Origin: Podarcis erhardii
Lineage: Eukaryota
NCBI GenBank assembly: GCA_964252035.1
Contig: OZ176210.1
Direction: 5' to 3' (one strand)
DNA length: 64,000 bases
Shown: piece by piece, positions 1-11,634 of the stretch
Position numbering within the stretch: position 1 is the stretch's first letter
Layout: every line of letters starts with the position of its first letter
Notes under the pieces: model-generated
Database searches by the model: none
What the model was told of the DNA's origin: nothing
The model's input: the letters and a program-made list of their open reading frames with translations, nothing else
Made by a program: the position numbers and the translations under genes

Positions 1-2309
1 ACAATATACAATACATTGTTATTGACAAGGATACGTAGAACATTATACAAATACTAAAATATGGTTGGGACCTATGGTTGGGATTCATACATGCACAATC
101 CCATATGGCCCCTGAGAAGCAGTTCCATTCTGTCTAATGCCAGATAGCATCAACAGGGCAACAAACAATATCAACATAGTAACTTGGCTGTCTGTGGCAT
201 AACTAGGACATAGTTGTTATAAATTGGAAATAAGCAACGGTATAATGTAACAAACAACCTTACTATGTGACTATGAAATCTAAAGTGTAGCATGCATCCT
301 TACAGAACATTTTCCAAGGTCTCAATTCATGGTTTCATATCTAACCCATTTGTAATGTTTGGGTTAAACATACTTTAATTTTGTTTATCATTTTGTATAT
401 TTGTAAGCTGGTTTCAATTTCTGCTTGCCAAAAGTGATTGAAAACAAATCCATGGGTGCTCATTTTTCAGTGCTGAACTGTAAATTAATTACATAGAGCC
501 ACCCTTTTGCATTTCTCAAGAATTTCAGCTCAATTTTTGGTTTCCCTGTGCTTAAAAAAGTTCCAAAGTCAGTTTTTCCCTTTTTTATAACTCTGCTCCT
601 ATATCCTCTTATTTCTTTTCTACATTCAGATTAGCTATTTGCTGTTCACGTAGGTACACATATGTAATAGTTATAGTCATGAGAAGTACCATTTCTAATG
701 CGTAGATATCATGTTCAGGGCAGAAAAACAAATATGTACCTAGTAATATGAGAGCGTGCTTTTTGCTGCTCATAACTGTATAAACATTTCTAATTATCTT
801 AATTAGAGTAATAAACAGCATGTAGCAATGTCTAAAATCATCTTATTGATTTGTATACTGTACTAAGTGCCCTGTGCTTTGTAAAACCAGCTTGCTAGAG
901 AATACAGTTTTCTTGTGCTTCTGAATTTGGTTAATTCCTCTAATCATTACATTAGAGTCTGGTATAATGACAAAACATGAACAGATGCCATAGCTGCTTT
1001 AAAATATTGTGAATCAAAGAATAAAGGCATGGGGATATACTGACAGCAATTCCTTTCTTTGTTTTTAGATCCATTTAACAAAATCATGTTGTCTGATAAT
1101 CAACAGCCAGTGGATTTGCTTTCATGGAATGAGTAGTATCGTTATTTTAACTCTAAATGGGTCTGGTTTTGTATCATCCTTATTTACATAGAAGAAGGTA
1201 ATAGCAAAGAAAACTGATCTAATTGTGGATGGGAAACACTGTTCATGCACTATGTCCTTGCCTTGGAAGACTGTCACCAAGACTTTCAAACTTGAGTATT
1301 TATGATGTGTGTGTTAGTTTATGCCTTATTAAAACAACTATATTGTTCTTTCATACTACCTTAGAAAATAGAAAAAAGAATGCAGTACTGTATTGATTAG
1401 AAGATAATGAAAAAACAACAAGCTCAGTAATGGTGTGCAATTTTTAATTTACTGTGTGAAGAGTAATAAATACATGTTTTGTACAATCATGAAAAACTGC
1501 TTTCTATCACAACTGGTGTTGGTGAATTTTATTTTATGTTTTCTTCAGTGTGAAGGTATTTGAATATGAATGGTAGTCTTTTGTTTGCTCTGAGAAGTTT
1601 CTGATTCAGAATGTTAATGGATTTTTTAGCTATTAAGATGTAATTATATACCTGGAGTATTTAAGTATGAAGTTGAAAAATCTCCATGAGCAATCTCAAA
1701 AGAATATTTATAATGCACTACTTGTAAATTGACTGACTTTCTTGTAATTTACCAGAAGTGCTGATATGAGTGCAGCCCTAATGTGAAAAGTACATTAATC
1801 CCTGGAGTTACATTGTATGTATTAAATTATTGCTCTCTTGAGGTATGAGACACGTGAGGCCATTTAGCTTTCAGTCATGCTTGTTACTTAGATTCATAGC
1901 ACAATAATAAGCAATGCCATTCTGAGATGAGAAATTAGGCATGATACATTTCACTTCTTGAAAACGGAAAAGCAATAATACTTTCAACTTTTCTGTAGGT
2001 TTGTAGCAATAAGATCATGTTAGTGCTGTTATATTGTTGAGGCTTCTTATATTCAATTGACATGATATTTCACTCTCTTTCACTTTTTGTTCCCTATTTT
2101 TAATGCAGATGATTTTTCCTTTTAATTTTCTTCACTGAACTCATTCTTCTGCAGATTGCATGGTTGGTATATATCACATGAATAGCAAAATTTAATATCT
2201 ATTCTTTAAATATTTATTATTTAACAATAACCTTCAGTGTGGGCTGGTTCCATTTTTATAGCTCTTGTTTAAATTGACACCTGACAGTTGATTGCTTTCT
2301 TCTTCACAG

Positions 2310-2481
2310 GGTAAAATACAAGTTGTTATGGTTCCATTCGTCATATAAAGAACACATTATTTGATGTAATAGCTGTTTGTGAAAACTGGAAAACGTAGCA
2401 TACTGGCGATTGGGAAGATAATTTAAGAAAAAACAAGGATTACAAAAGAGAAGTGACTGTGGCTGTATAGAAGTCTGGCAT
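2310..2481 (+). other. AOPEP: AOPEP 5'UTR portion of the first coding exon (inferred acceptor at 2308-2309)
   Basis: Branch-like CTGAC at 2281, pyrimidine tract gctttcttcttcacAG, then 172 nt to the ATG at 2482. There is no CpG island upstream, so the promoter and first exon are probably outside the window. Confidence 0.6.
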
Positions 2482-3290
2482 ATGAAGATGGAGCTTGACA
2501 TTACCAAAGATGATTTGCCCTTAATGGCAAATACTAGCCACATGCTGGTAAGGCATTATGTGTTGGATCTGGATGTGGACTTAAAAAGCCATGTAATTGG
2601 TGGCACTATAGTTCTGTTCTTTGACACTGACAGCAGTTGCAGAAAAGGAGACAGTGAACAGGTGGAAGAAGCTTGTCATTCACAGTCAGATGGAACCTGC
2701 TGTATTCAGGCACCTGAAGCCTGCTATGTTCCTGTGCCAAATGCAAGTGCTTGCTCAACTAAAAGTGGATGTAATGATTTTGCTGTCTGTAGTAAAGGTG
2801 AAAATGATACTTCTGATAAAAACGGTAGTCATGGCAACAAGGAACGGGCTTCTGGGATTTCTAGTTCAAAAAACTGCTGTGACATTGAGATTCATGGGAG
2901 TGAAGATTTTTTGCTGGTCCTGGACTGCTGTGATTTATCTGTGTTAAAGGTCGAAGAGGTAGATGTTGCTGTAGTTCCAGGCATTGAGAAATTTACCAGC
3001 TCTGCCAAGTTAATGGATGCTTCCAAAGATCCAAGGGATCTTAGAAATCAGATTGTGCATGAACTTGTGACATTACCTGCAGATTATTGGAAGGATCAGC
3101 TTCAGTTTTACAGACTGTGCAGCCAGGCACCTGCTTGTGGAGAGCTTCTGTTTGTTACTGGCACTTGGAGCTTGGAGATCAGGAAAGCAGGTGTCCAGCT
3201 GCCAAAAGATTTCCCTCATGCCATAAGGATATATTACAAAACAAAGCCAGAAGGAAAATCACTGAGCTGGACTACAGACCAATGTGACGG
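2482..3290 (+). CDS. AOPEP: Aminopeptidase O, coding exon 1 (N-terminal domain; phase-2 end)
   Basis: Translation MKMELDITKDDLPLMANTSHMLVRHYVLDLDVD...DFLLVLDCCDLSVLKVEEVD...DFPHAIRIYYKTKPEG matches the vertebrate AOPEP N-terminus as I recall it. Donor GG|GTATGC at 3291. Confidence 0.96.
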
Positions 3291-4468
3291 GTATGCAACA
3301 GTTTTTGGTGTTCTGCTATACTTGTGTTCTGTGCCGGATGGGGCAGAGTTGAATTATAAATAACAATCATTTTGAGGCTGAATTCAGACAGACCGGTAAC
3401 AAAGCAGGCAGAGTTCAGTGCTCATGAAAGTGTAGCAGGATTATATCACTTTAAGTCTGGAACAAGTGAATGCATTTCTTTGAGTCTAAATATTTAAATC
3501 AGTGAACAATTGATGGGTGCATTTTGGATAAAAGGTATTGGAGAGAAACATATTCTGTAAAGCATTTTCACTTTACTATATATTTTTTTTAATTAGCTAG
3601 AGTTAAGAGTTAATATAACAAATCCTTTTGTAGTGAAGGCAAAATATGTTTTGTTAATAGTAAGTTAAAATGTTCTGGATGTGGTAGCTTTGTAAATTTC
3701 TTTAACGTGAAAAAAAAACTTATTTTAATTTGAATCTGAACATGGCTTAGCAGAAGCCAAACAGCAATTTTATCTTTCTATCCATATATAAACAATATAA
3801 TATGTAATATTAACATATTTAGTAGTACTGAAAGCCTAAAGCTGTAAAAATCTGAAATATTTAAGAATTTAAACAGCTTAAATATATGTAGCATATCATT
3901 TTCCTGGACCACACACCTTGTCTACTTCTCTGTTGTCATTTGGCTCACCTTATCTAATGACAGCTTTTGGGCTCTTGGCTGTTTTGTCAATCTAATGTAG
4001 ATTACAAGAGACAAGCCTTTTATTTGTGTATTTTTTCATCCCTTGACACCTGGGCTATTAAATAAATGTTTGTTTATGTAGAAAAAAATCCTTTATTAAG
4101 AGTGCAACTGGGCAAGCCCGAGGGAAATCTATGACCATATTTTTAAAAGGATACATGCATGTAGGATAAGCACTGGGGGAAGGGCAAGCTTAATCTCCCT
4201 CTCCTGGGGCCATTTTCCTAATTCCTATTCTCCTGAAGCTGCTGTTTGCCCTGGGACAAAACATATAAGCACCTGTATGTTTTGTCCCATGGACAAGCAG
4301 CAACTTCAGAAAAGGATGGGGCAATTTAGCTTGGAAAAATTGTATAAGAAAAAGAGTTAATGCCCCTTTCCTCAGCCGTGATCCAAATTGCTTCCCTGTG
4401 GTTGCCCTTGCCATTTTGAAAACCCATGGAGAGATAACTCATGAGTCCTACTGTCTAGTTTGACTATA

Positions 4469-4686
4469 CAGTAGTACCTCGGGTTATAGACACTTCAGGT
4501 TACAGACTCTGTTAACCCAGAAATAGTACCTCAGGTTAAGAACTTTGCTTCAGGATGAGAACAGAAATTGTGTGGCGGCGGCAGCGGGAGGCCCCATTAG
4601 CTAAAGTGGTACCTCAGGTTAAGAACAGTTTCAGGTTAAGAACGGACCTCCAGAACGAATTAAGTTCTTAACCTGAGGTACCACTG
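4469..4686 (+). mobile_element. Tc1/mariner-superfamily (pogo/Tigger-like) MITE, family A
   Basis: TIRs CAGTAGTACCTCGGGTTA / TAACCTGAGGTACCACTG; TA on both sides; 218 bp. Confidence 0.9.
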
Positions 4687-5307
4687 TAACATGTAAATGA
4701 GCATACTATAGTGGTAACTTCATTTACTGATAAGCTCTATGCTAGGAAGCACTTATCTCTTCTGAGATGTGCTCTGTACTACCCACATATACTTTGTGGC
4801 AAGCTGGGGTTGTCCTGGAATTCTAAGTGGAACAGATAGTTACAGACCTCTGTTATGACTTGCTCGCTTTTTATTAAAAAATCCTATGCTAATATTGTCC
4901 AGTAGTGTTTCTGCAATAACAAGAGAGAAAAGTTTCCTTTCTCCTAGATTGTGCTTGTATTAGTTCTCTGAATTATGCCACAGTACACAGTGAAATAAAC
5001 CGTCCTCAAATCTGTATTTTGCCTATAAAGCTCAGAGTGCAACTTACACATGTGGCTGTGATCACCTATCTGCACACTGTAACTATATTTTCATTGCCTT
5101 CTTTCTGGTTCCTTCCATGTCAGTGGGGGTCAACCACTTTGTCCCTGTCTGAACTGCCAAGCACCTCAAGCTTGGATGTATGGAGGAGACAAGCACTACT
5201 TTGTTCCATTCTCATAGTCCTGTTGCTGGAGTAAGAAATGGTGTATTCTGCCCACTGCTTTTACATCCTCCCTTACCGATTATGAGTTGCTACAGCTAAT
5301 AGTGAAC

Positions 5308-5310
<3 letters not shown>

Positions 5311-5345
<35 letters not shown>

Positions 5346-5366
5346 TGTGTGTCTGTGTCTGTGTGT
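5311..5366 (+). repeat. Compound microsatellite (CT)16 plus imperfect (TG)n
   Basis: Seen directly. Confidence 0.95.
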
Positions 5367-5573
5367 GGCAGAAACTCAGAAAAATCTTTGTAAATAGTGA
5401 TGTGAGTCCCTTGCCTGTTAAGGTGAGTTGCTGTTGCGTGAGAGTGAAACTTTTTACAGTAATGCTTTCAACATAGTTCCAGTTACAGATAGGTAGCCGT
5501 GTTGGTCTGCCATAGTCAAAACAAAACAAATTCCTTCCAGTAGCACCTTAAAGACCAACTAAGTCAGTTCTTG

Positions 5574-5611
5574 GTATGAGCTTTCGTGTGCATGCACACT
5601 TCTTCAGATAC
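5574..5611 (-). ncRNA. Minimal type I hammerhead ribozyme motif (copy 1, antisense arm)
   Basis: Exact reverse complement of 5617-5654. Confidence 0.65.
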
Positions 5612-5616
5612 ACTGT

Positions 5617-5654
5617 GTATCTGAAGAAGTGTGCATGCACACGAAAGCTCATAC
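5617..5654 (+). ncRNA. Minimal type I hammerhead ribozyme motif (copy 2)
   Basis: GTAT-CTGAAGA-A-GTGTG(CATG)CACAC-GAAA-GC-TC-ATAC: conserved core, stem II, palindromic AGCT in place of stem III, stem I GTAT/ATAC; predicted cut after C5650. Confidence 0.75.
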
Positions 5655-5795
5655 CAAGAACTGACTTAGTTGGTCTTTAAGGTGCTACTGGAAGGAATTT
5701 GTTTTGTTTTGACTATGGCAGACCAACACGGCTACCTATCTGTAACTGGAACTATGGAAGGCACCACATTGAGCCGCATGAAATGGAAGTCCATC

Positions 5796-5848
5796 TCAGT
5801 GTATCTGAAGAAGTGTGCATGCACACGAAAGCTCATACCAAGAACTGA
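5796..5848 (+). ncRNA. Minimal type I hammerhead ribozyme motif (copy 3, extended stem I)
   Basis: Same core as copy 2; stem I is GTAT/ATAC, a CAAGA bulge, then TCAGT/ACTGA; predicted cut after C5834. Confidence 0.75.
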
Positions 5849-7565
5849 CTTAGTTGGTCTTTAAGGTGCTACTGGAAGGAATTTGTTTTGCTTTCAACAT
5901 ACATTGTTTTTAAGTTACATCCAATGATTCTTGCCCAGTTGCCCAGTGAATTTCTACATATGCATTGGATTTTTTCTTCTCTCCTCTGCAGCTCTCAATG
6001 CATCCTCAAAGCCCATTCTAAAGGGTCCTCAAATCTTTCAGAGAGGATTTTGGGGGTGCATGGAGAGCTGCAGTGAGGAGGAGAGAAAGACACAGGGTGA
6101 AATTCAGCTTCACACTAAGGAGATCATGCTGTCAGTGAAAGGATTTTTTGACTGCCTGACATAAGAATTTCCTCTCTTCTGCTGCCTGCTGTACTCTGCT
6201 CTGTAGTTTTTCCTGAGCTTCCCAAACAGATTTGGGGATGGTGGGGGGCATACAGGGAAGAAAGTGGGGGAGTCCCATTATGCTACTAGGACTAGTGCAG
6301 CTTAGTTGAATCTGGCCCAAAGTCGTGTGGCAAAAGCACACAAATCCATTTATATGATATTGGATGTCACCTATTGTTTTTACAATAAAGCTCCCACTTA
6401 GGTACCACTAAAGTTATGCATTTTTATTGTTTTGGGAGGCATTGTGGCTGAAAAGTGGTTAAATTAAAACCAACAACCATAAAGGCAACAACATGGTAAA
6501 TTATTTTTAAAGCAGCAATAACAATTAATAATTAATTAATAATTTTACATTTGGATGAGTATATTCGAAACTATTGCTGTGTACACACTCCATGGAATTT
6601 TTCCACTAGGACCTGGGGATGATTCAAAAGTTTGTATATCTGGAGCCACTTTAAGGATTTTCTAGCACAGAGGGTCTGCCAAACTAGAAATTAATGTTGT
6701 ACTGTGTGGGAATGTATTAATATGTGGTCCCTGAAGTGTTGTTTTAAAAAAAGACTAGGCTGATTTTCCTTTGCATTGTAAAGTTTCCTTTGAGTTCTAT
6801 CACTTCATATTTCTGGAAGAAGCTCACATTACTGAATGAACTTCCATTAAATGAAAATACATGCACATAGAAAACTTGCATACCAATAAGGGCTCTTTTA
6901 ATGTGGATTTGCGAGGGCGATCTAGGAAGATACAGAAGTAGCATTGTATATAGCAAAATCATAAAGTTATATCATAACACTTTTTGACTCTGGTAGGATA
7001 AGGGTGAAGTCTGCTGGAGTAAAGCTCATTGATGTGGGTTTTCCAGAAAAAAACCTGAATTAGGGTAATCTGCATAAGTTAATTTGCATGGGAAATTTTT
7101 CATTTTGGCATTGGAACCTTTTCTGAGGGTGATTTAATGCAGCATGTTTATTTTACATGTGTTTAGTAAAAGTTAAAAGCAATGAAACTGCCAAGCTTGC
7201 TTAATATGGCATTTGCGGTTGGCATCCATTCATAATTGCTAATGAATAGGTATTCGCAGAAAAATAAAGCACTGGAAAGTTTTCTGCCCTACATCACTGG
7301 TAAAGTTGGTAAGTTGTTTGACTGTTTGGTTTTTTGGGACCCCCAGCACTGGCAGGAAATGTGCAAAGCAGGGTTTTTGTTTTGGTTTGGTTTGGTTTTG
7401 TTCATCTGTTCCTGGACTGCATTTACTGCTGCTCTCCATACAAGGAGAGGAGAGCTGCAGGATATTCCTTGAAAGACCAACCCCAATTGATTTGCAACCA
7501 CTGGTCTTGAGGCCAAGACTTCTAAGTGGGGTGGGGGAGATAAATTTCTGGGCTGACGTGACTGT

Positions 7566-8420
7566 TATTATTTATTAAATTTATATACTGCCCTTCATCA
7601 CAAGAACCCAGGGCAGTTCACAGAATAAAAACACGGTAAAAACACAAGTAAACAGAAAAAAACCCCAATAACCACCCTTCCCAGAAACACATTTAAAAGG
7701 CTGTAGAATATTAATCAGCCAAAGGCTTGGTTGGAGAGTAACATTTTTGACTGGCGCCTACAAATATAAAATGAAGGTGCCAGGTGAACCTCCCTGGGGT
7801 TCCACAAATGGGAAGCCACTGCAGAAAAGGCCCATGCTTGCGTTGCCACCCTCTGGACCTCACATGGAGGAGGCACATGAAGAAGGGCCTCAGATGATGA
7901 ATGCAGAGTCTGGGACTGTTTGTATGGGCAGAGACTATCCTTGAGGTCCTGAGCCATTTAAGGATTTTTAGGTTAAAACCAGCACTTTGAATTGGGCCTG
8001 GAAACTAATTGGCAGTCAGTGCAGTTGGGCCAGGTTCGGTGTAATATTTTCAAACCGTCTTCCCCAGTGCTGCTGAGTTCTGCACCAGCTGAAGCTTCCA
8101 GACCATCTTCAGAGGCAGCCCTACATATAATGTGTTGCAGTAATCAAACCTAGAGGTCACTAGAGCGTTAGGCTATCCATGTCCAGATAGGGGCACAGCT
8201 GGGCCAAAAGCCAAAGCTGATGGAAGGCACTCCACGCCACTGAGGCCACCTGCGCCTCAAGCTACACCAGATGAGTGAAGAATACTCCCAAGCTACGTAC
8301 CCGCTCCTTCAGAGGAATTGTAACCCCATCAAGAGCAGGCAACCTCCCATCCATTCGGTCTAGGGAACCTCTAACAGTGCCTCAGTTTTATCTGGATTGA
8401 GTTTCAGTTTCTTTTCCATC
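7566..8420 (-). mobile_element. L2-clade LINE 3' fragment
   Basis: Minus ORF 7715-7957 LHSSSEALLHVP...AFSAVASHLWN resembles the L2 ORF2 C-terminus; (TAAA)-type tail at about 7570. Confidence 0.75.
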
Positions 8421-8639
8421 TTTTTGGTTTTTCTGGAGTGTTTGTACTTTGTGTTAGACTAATGAGGCAGATTGGGGATACTGTTGGTGTACTGCCCACT
8501 CTACTGCCCAACCGTCTCCCTACCTGAGCTGACACATATGATATCTGACATTGCATTAAGAGGTCCTAAGACTGTTAATGTCAACCATCACACAGAGGGG
8601 CTGTTTGGGACGTCATGGTCACCTTGACAACCATGGAGC

Positions 8640-8860
8640 TGTCTAAACATGTTATTGGGTCATTTACCCAGGCACTCTGAGGTCCTTCTCTGGATCCCTC
8701 TTCTGAGGGAGACTTGGAGGGTGTTAATAAGGGAGAGGGCCTTTTCAGTTGTTGTCTCCTACCTATGGAATGTCCTACCCAGTGAGGTCTAATGCCTTTG
8801 TTGACATATTTTCAGTGCTGGGTAAATACTTAGCTTTTTTCACAGACTTCTGATGGACTG
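8640..8860 (+). mobile_element. Old L2 3' fragment
   Basis: gagagggccttttcagttg...ctatggaatgtcctaccc is the RAFS...LWN-LP coding motif of L2. Confidence 0.55.
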
Positions 8861-9769
8861 GGATGATTTTGCCCTACTGTTAGTGTGCTGCCAAAGCTTC
8901 TTATGGCTGTTATGAGGTGTGAGTGTAATGAATTGTAGGTGATGTTTGAAAATGTTAATGTTTTATATGATTTTGAAACAAGATGCTGTATATTTATATT
9001 TTTAAAGGTAGGTTGCTTGGAGACCTTTTAGTTAACAAGTGACTTAACAAGTCTAATATTTCTGTTCCATGAATTAACAGTTCATTAAATCACTGCCTAA
9101 TGTAGTGTAGTCTGGTGAATAGGTGGACGTTTCCCACTAGAGTTTGTGAGGATTTAAAAAAGAGAAGAGTGGCATTCTTATGAATATTTTTAGCTCTAGC
9201 GTTAAAGTCTCTCTGTGTGGAAGGATAACAGCATGCGTCAGGTAACAGGTGGTCTGGCTGTGCTTCCTCTCCCTTCAGTGAATATCATGATAAAAGAGTG
9301 GGCCCTGCTGGGCTACTGCAGTAAAAGTCTTGAGAAGACAGAAATAAAAGGTCACTGGGCCGTGCAGCTTCTAACTATTTCATTTAAAATTTTGTACTTA
9401 ATATGCGAAAGTTTGAAAATTTGAATAGACTTTCTGTATCTCTGGAAAGAAGTGTGACCAGAATAAATTAATTAGATTGTAAACTACTCATTTCAGAGAA
9501 TTAACAACATTCTAGCTGTCATGTGTACAAAAACCGAATCCTGTGTCTGGTCTATTAGTCAACCACGCTTCGTTTAATCCAGGCTGGCATGCTGATGAAA
9601 AATCTGAATCCAGACTAGTGCCATACAGGTGGACCTATGCTGATAGAAAGGTGGCAATACTTGCCCCAGTTCAGACCATTCAGGCCAGAGGCTAGGATAG
9701 GGTTAGCCCCCATTCCAAACAACTCCTTGAATACAACCTTTGTCTATTTTCTACATATGTGGGTGGCTT

Positions 9770-10012
9770 CCATTCACTAGTGTGCGGAAAGCAAAGTGCT
9801 GGACTTGGGAAACCATTGTGGACCCAGCCTGCCTTCCCTCACTAATACTGGGTGAGCTGACCCTCAGTGACAGGGATTCTGCAGGAAGCTGCCGTGTCAC
9901 TGTATGTGTGGACTGCCCTGATAGTCACTGTGCTCCCACGCTGGAGAACTGCACTACAGCAGCCAGACCATCCTTTCACACAGCCAGTCAAACCTGCCTT
10001 AATGGCAGGCAT
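9770..10012 (-). mobile_element. L2 endonuclease-region relic
   Basis: Reverse-complement similarity to the L2 EN segment at 48990-49500 (gcagtagt...ctgagacctgg / ggcaggctgggtcc). Confidence 0.45.
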
Positions 10013-10410
10013 TTTCTTGTTATAAAATATTGATCAATTTATGGATATTTCCATAATATCAGTGGCATTGGATCATATATATCTGATATTTGATCAGTTC
10101 GTGGATATTTCTGTACTATGACATGATTCAAAGTAGTGAAAAGGTGTTCTTCTTTTGTAGCAAATATGTCTTGTGTTTCTGTCATGCCTTATGGTTGCCA
10201 AGAAATGAAAGAGCAACCCAGACGTTATTTAAATTGCATTTAAAGATGCATAAAAAAAATATCCAGTGTTTTTATTCTTTCTTCTGAGGACAGAAGGAGA
10301 CGAGATGCACTGTGTGTATTGATACTTTTAATTTCCATTCCTACTGGGAACTCTGTTTTCTGCAGTTTGGTGTACATTACTTTACTCTTATCTTTTTTTC
10401 TTCCCTATAG

Positions 10411-10577
10411 GCCATGTGTTTATACAGCGGGGTCTCCAATAAACAACAGGGCCCTTTTTCCATGCCAAGAACCGCCTGTTGCCATGTCAACATGGCAAGC
10501 TACAGTCCGAGCAGATGCATGCTTTGTTGTTTTAATGAGTGGTGAAAATGTAGCGGAACCAACAGGATCTGAAGAAG
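10411..10577 (+). CDS. AOPEP: Aminopeptidase O, coding exon 2 (167 nt)
   Basis: Acceptor tctttttttcttccctatAG; encodes PCVYTAGSPINNRALFPCQEPPVAMSTWQATVRA...VLMSGEN; donor G|GTACAG at 10578; phases fit both neighbours (2 in, 1 out). Confidence 0.96.
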
Positions 10578-11115
10578 GTACAGCATGTATTTGCCATCTG
10601 AATGTATGCTACAAAATGACATTTAATAAGTGTTTTATATCAGAACAGAGCTTCTGTCCATACAGTAGTCCTTTAAAATTCCCAGGCTCTCCTTTTCAAT
10701 TAACCTTGCTTTGACTCCGCCTCTTTCTGGTGCCAATTGCATTCTACTTTCTTTTACATGTCTCATTCCTTTATTGGTCTGTTTCTTCTGGTTATGCCTT
10801 CATTCCTGGTTAATCCCTTTCTCTCTTTGCAAAGTCTTGGACTTTCAGGAGTTAGTAATTTTGTAGATGTCACAAACGCATTACTATCCTTTTACTTAGC
10901 TGAAGAGACTAATAACAATAATATCTTCATGTATCAGAACAACTCATAAGATATTGAAATCCTGATCTAAAATGTTTGTGACTGTGTTTACTTGTGATAT
11001 TGGAATGATGTTCTTACATTGTGGATGAAATCAGAGTGATATATTAATTAATAATATTCATTAATAATATAGTGATCAGACTATTTATATTATTTCATTT
11101 CATAATTTTTCAGTA

Positions 11116-11409
11116 CAGTGGTGCCTCGCAAGACGAAAAGAATCCGTTCCGTGATTCTCTTCGTCTAGCGGTTTTTTCGTCTTGCGAAGCAAGCCCATTG
11201 ACAGCTTAGCGGATTAGCGCTATTAGCGGCTTATCGGATCAGCTGATAAGCGGCTTAGCGGCTTAGAAAAAGGGGGGAAGGGGAAAAAAGTCAGAAAACT
11301 CGCAAAGCAAGCCCATAGGGAAATTCGTTTTGTGAAGCGCCTCCAAAACAGAAAACCCTTTCGTCTAGCAGTCTGTCTTGCGAGGTGTTCGTCTTGCGGG
11401 GCACCACTG
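11116..11409 (-). mobile_element. Tc1/mariner-superfamily MITE, family B (294 bp)
   Basis: TIRs CAGTGGTGCCTCGCAAGACGAA / TTCGTCTTGCGGGGCACCACTG; TA flanks; repeated subterminal cgcaagacgaa motifs. Strand is relative to the 36044 copy. Confidence 0.9.
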
Positions 11410-11634
11410 TACTGCTTGATTGTAAGAATAAGCCTCAAAGTGGTTTATAGAAAGTATTGGTGTAGAACTGGGGAGATGTAGGTTTGAATCCTCACCACTA
11501 AAGCTCACTGGGTAACTTGGGACACTCATGGTCTTTCAGCCTAACCTACCTAAAAGGGTTACTGCAAGGATAAATTCGGGAAGGAACCATGAAAAAAATG
11601 TGCCAAATAAGTAAATGTGCAAAATATTCTTATA

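Larger units (their letters stand above)
5476..5888 (+). mobile_element. Non-autonomous Penelope-like element (pseudo-LTR tandem plus inverted 5' segment)
   Basis: 13-bp TSD tgctttcaacata at 5463-5475 and 5889-5901; 92-bp perfect direct repeat 5615-5706 / 5799-5890; inverted copy at 5476-5613; hammerhead cores; no ORF. Confidence 0.85.

Noticed and set aside
3291-3363. Read-through of the 293-aa ORF past the donor (YATVFGVLL...YK)
   Set aside because: Similarity to AOPEP stops at a canonical phase-matched donor, so the tail is intronic. An intronic-polyA isoform cannot be supported from sequence alone.
10319-10714. 131-aa ORF as a standalone gene
   Set aside because: Only 10411-10577 is exonic; the flanks are the pyrimidine tract and intron.
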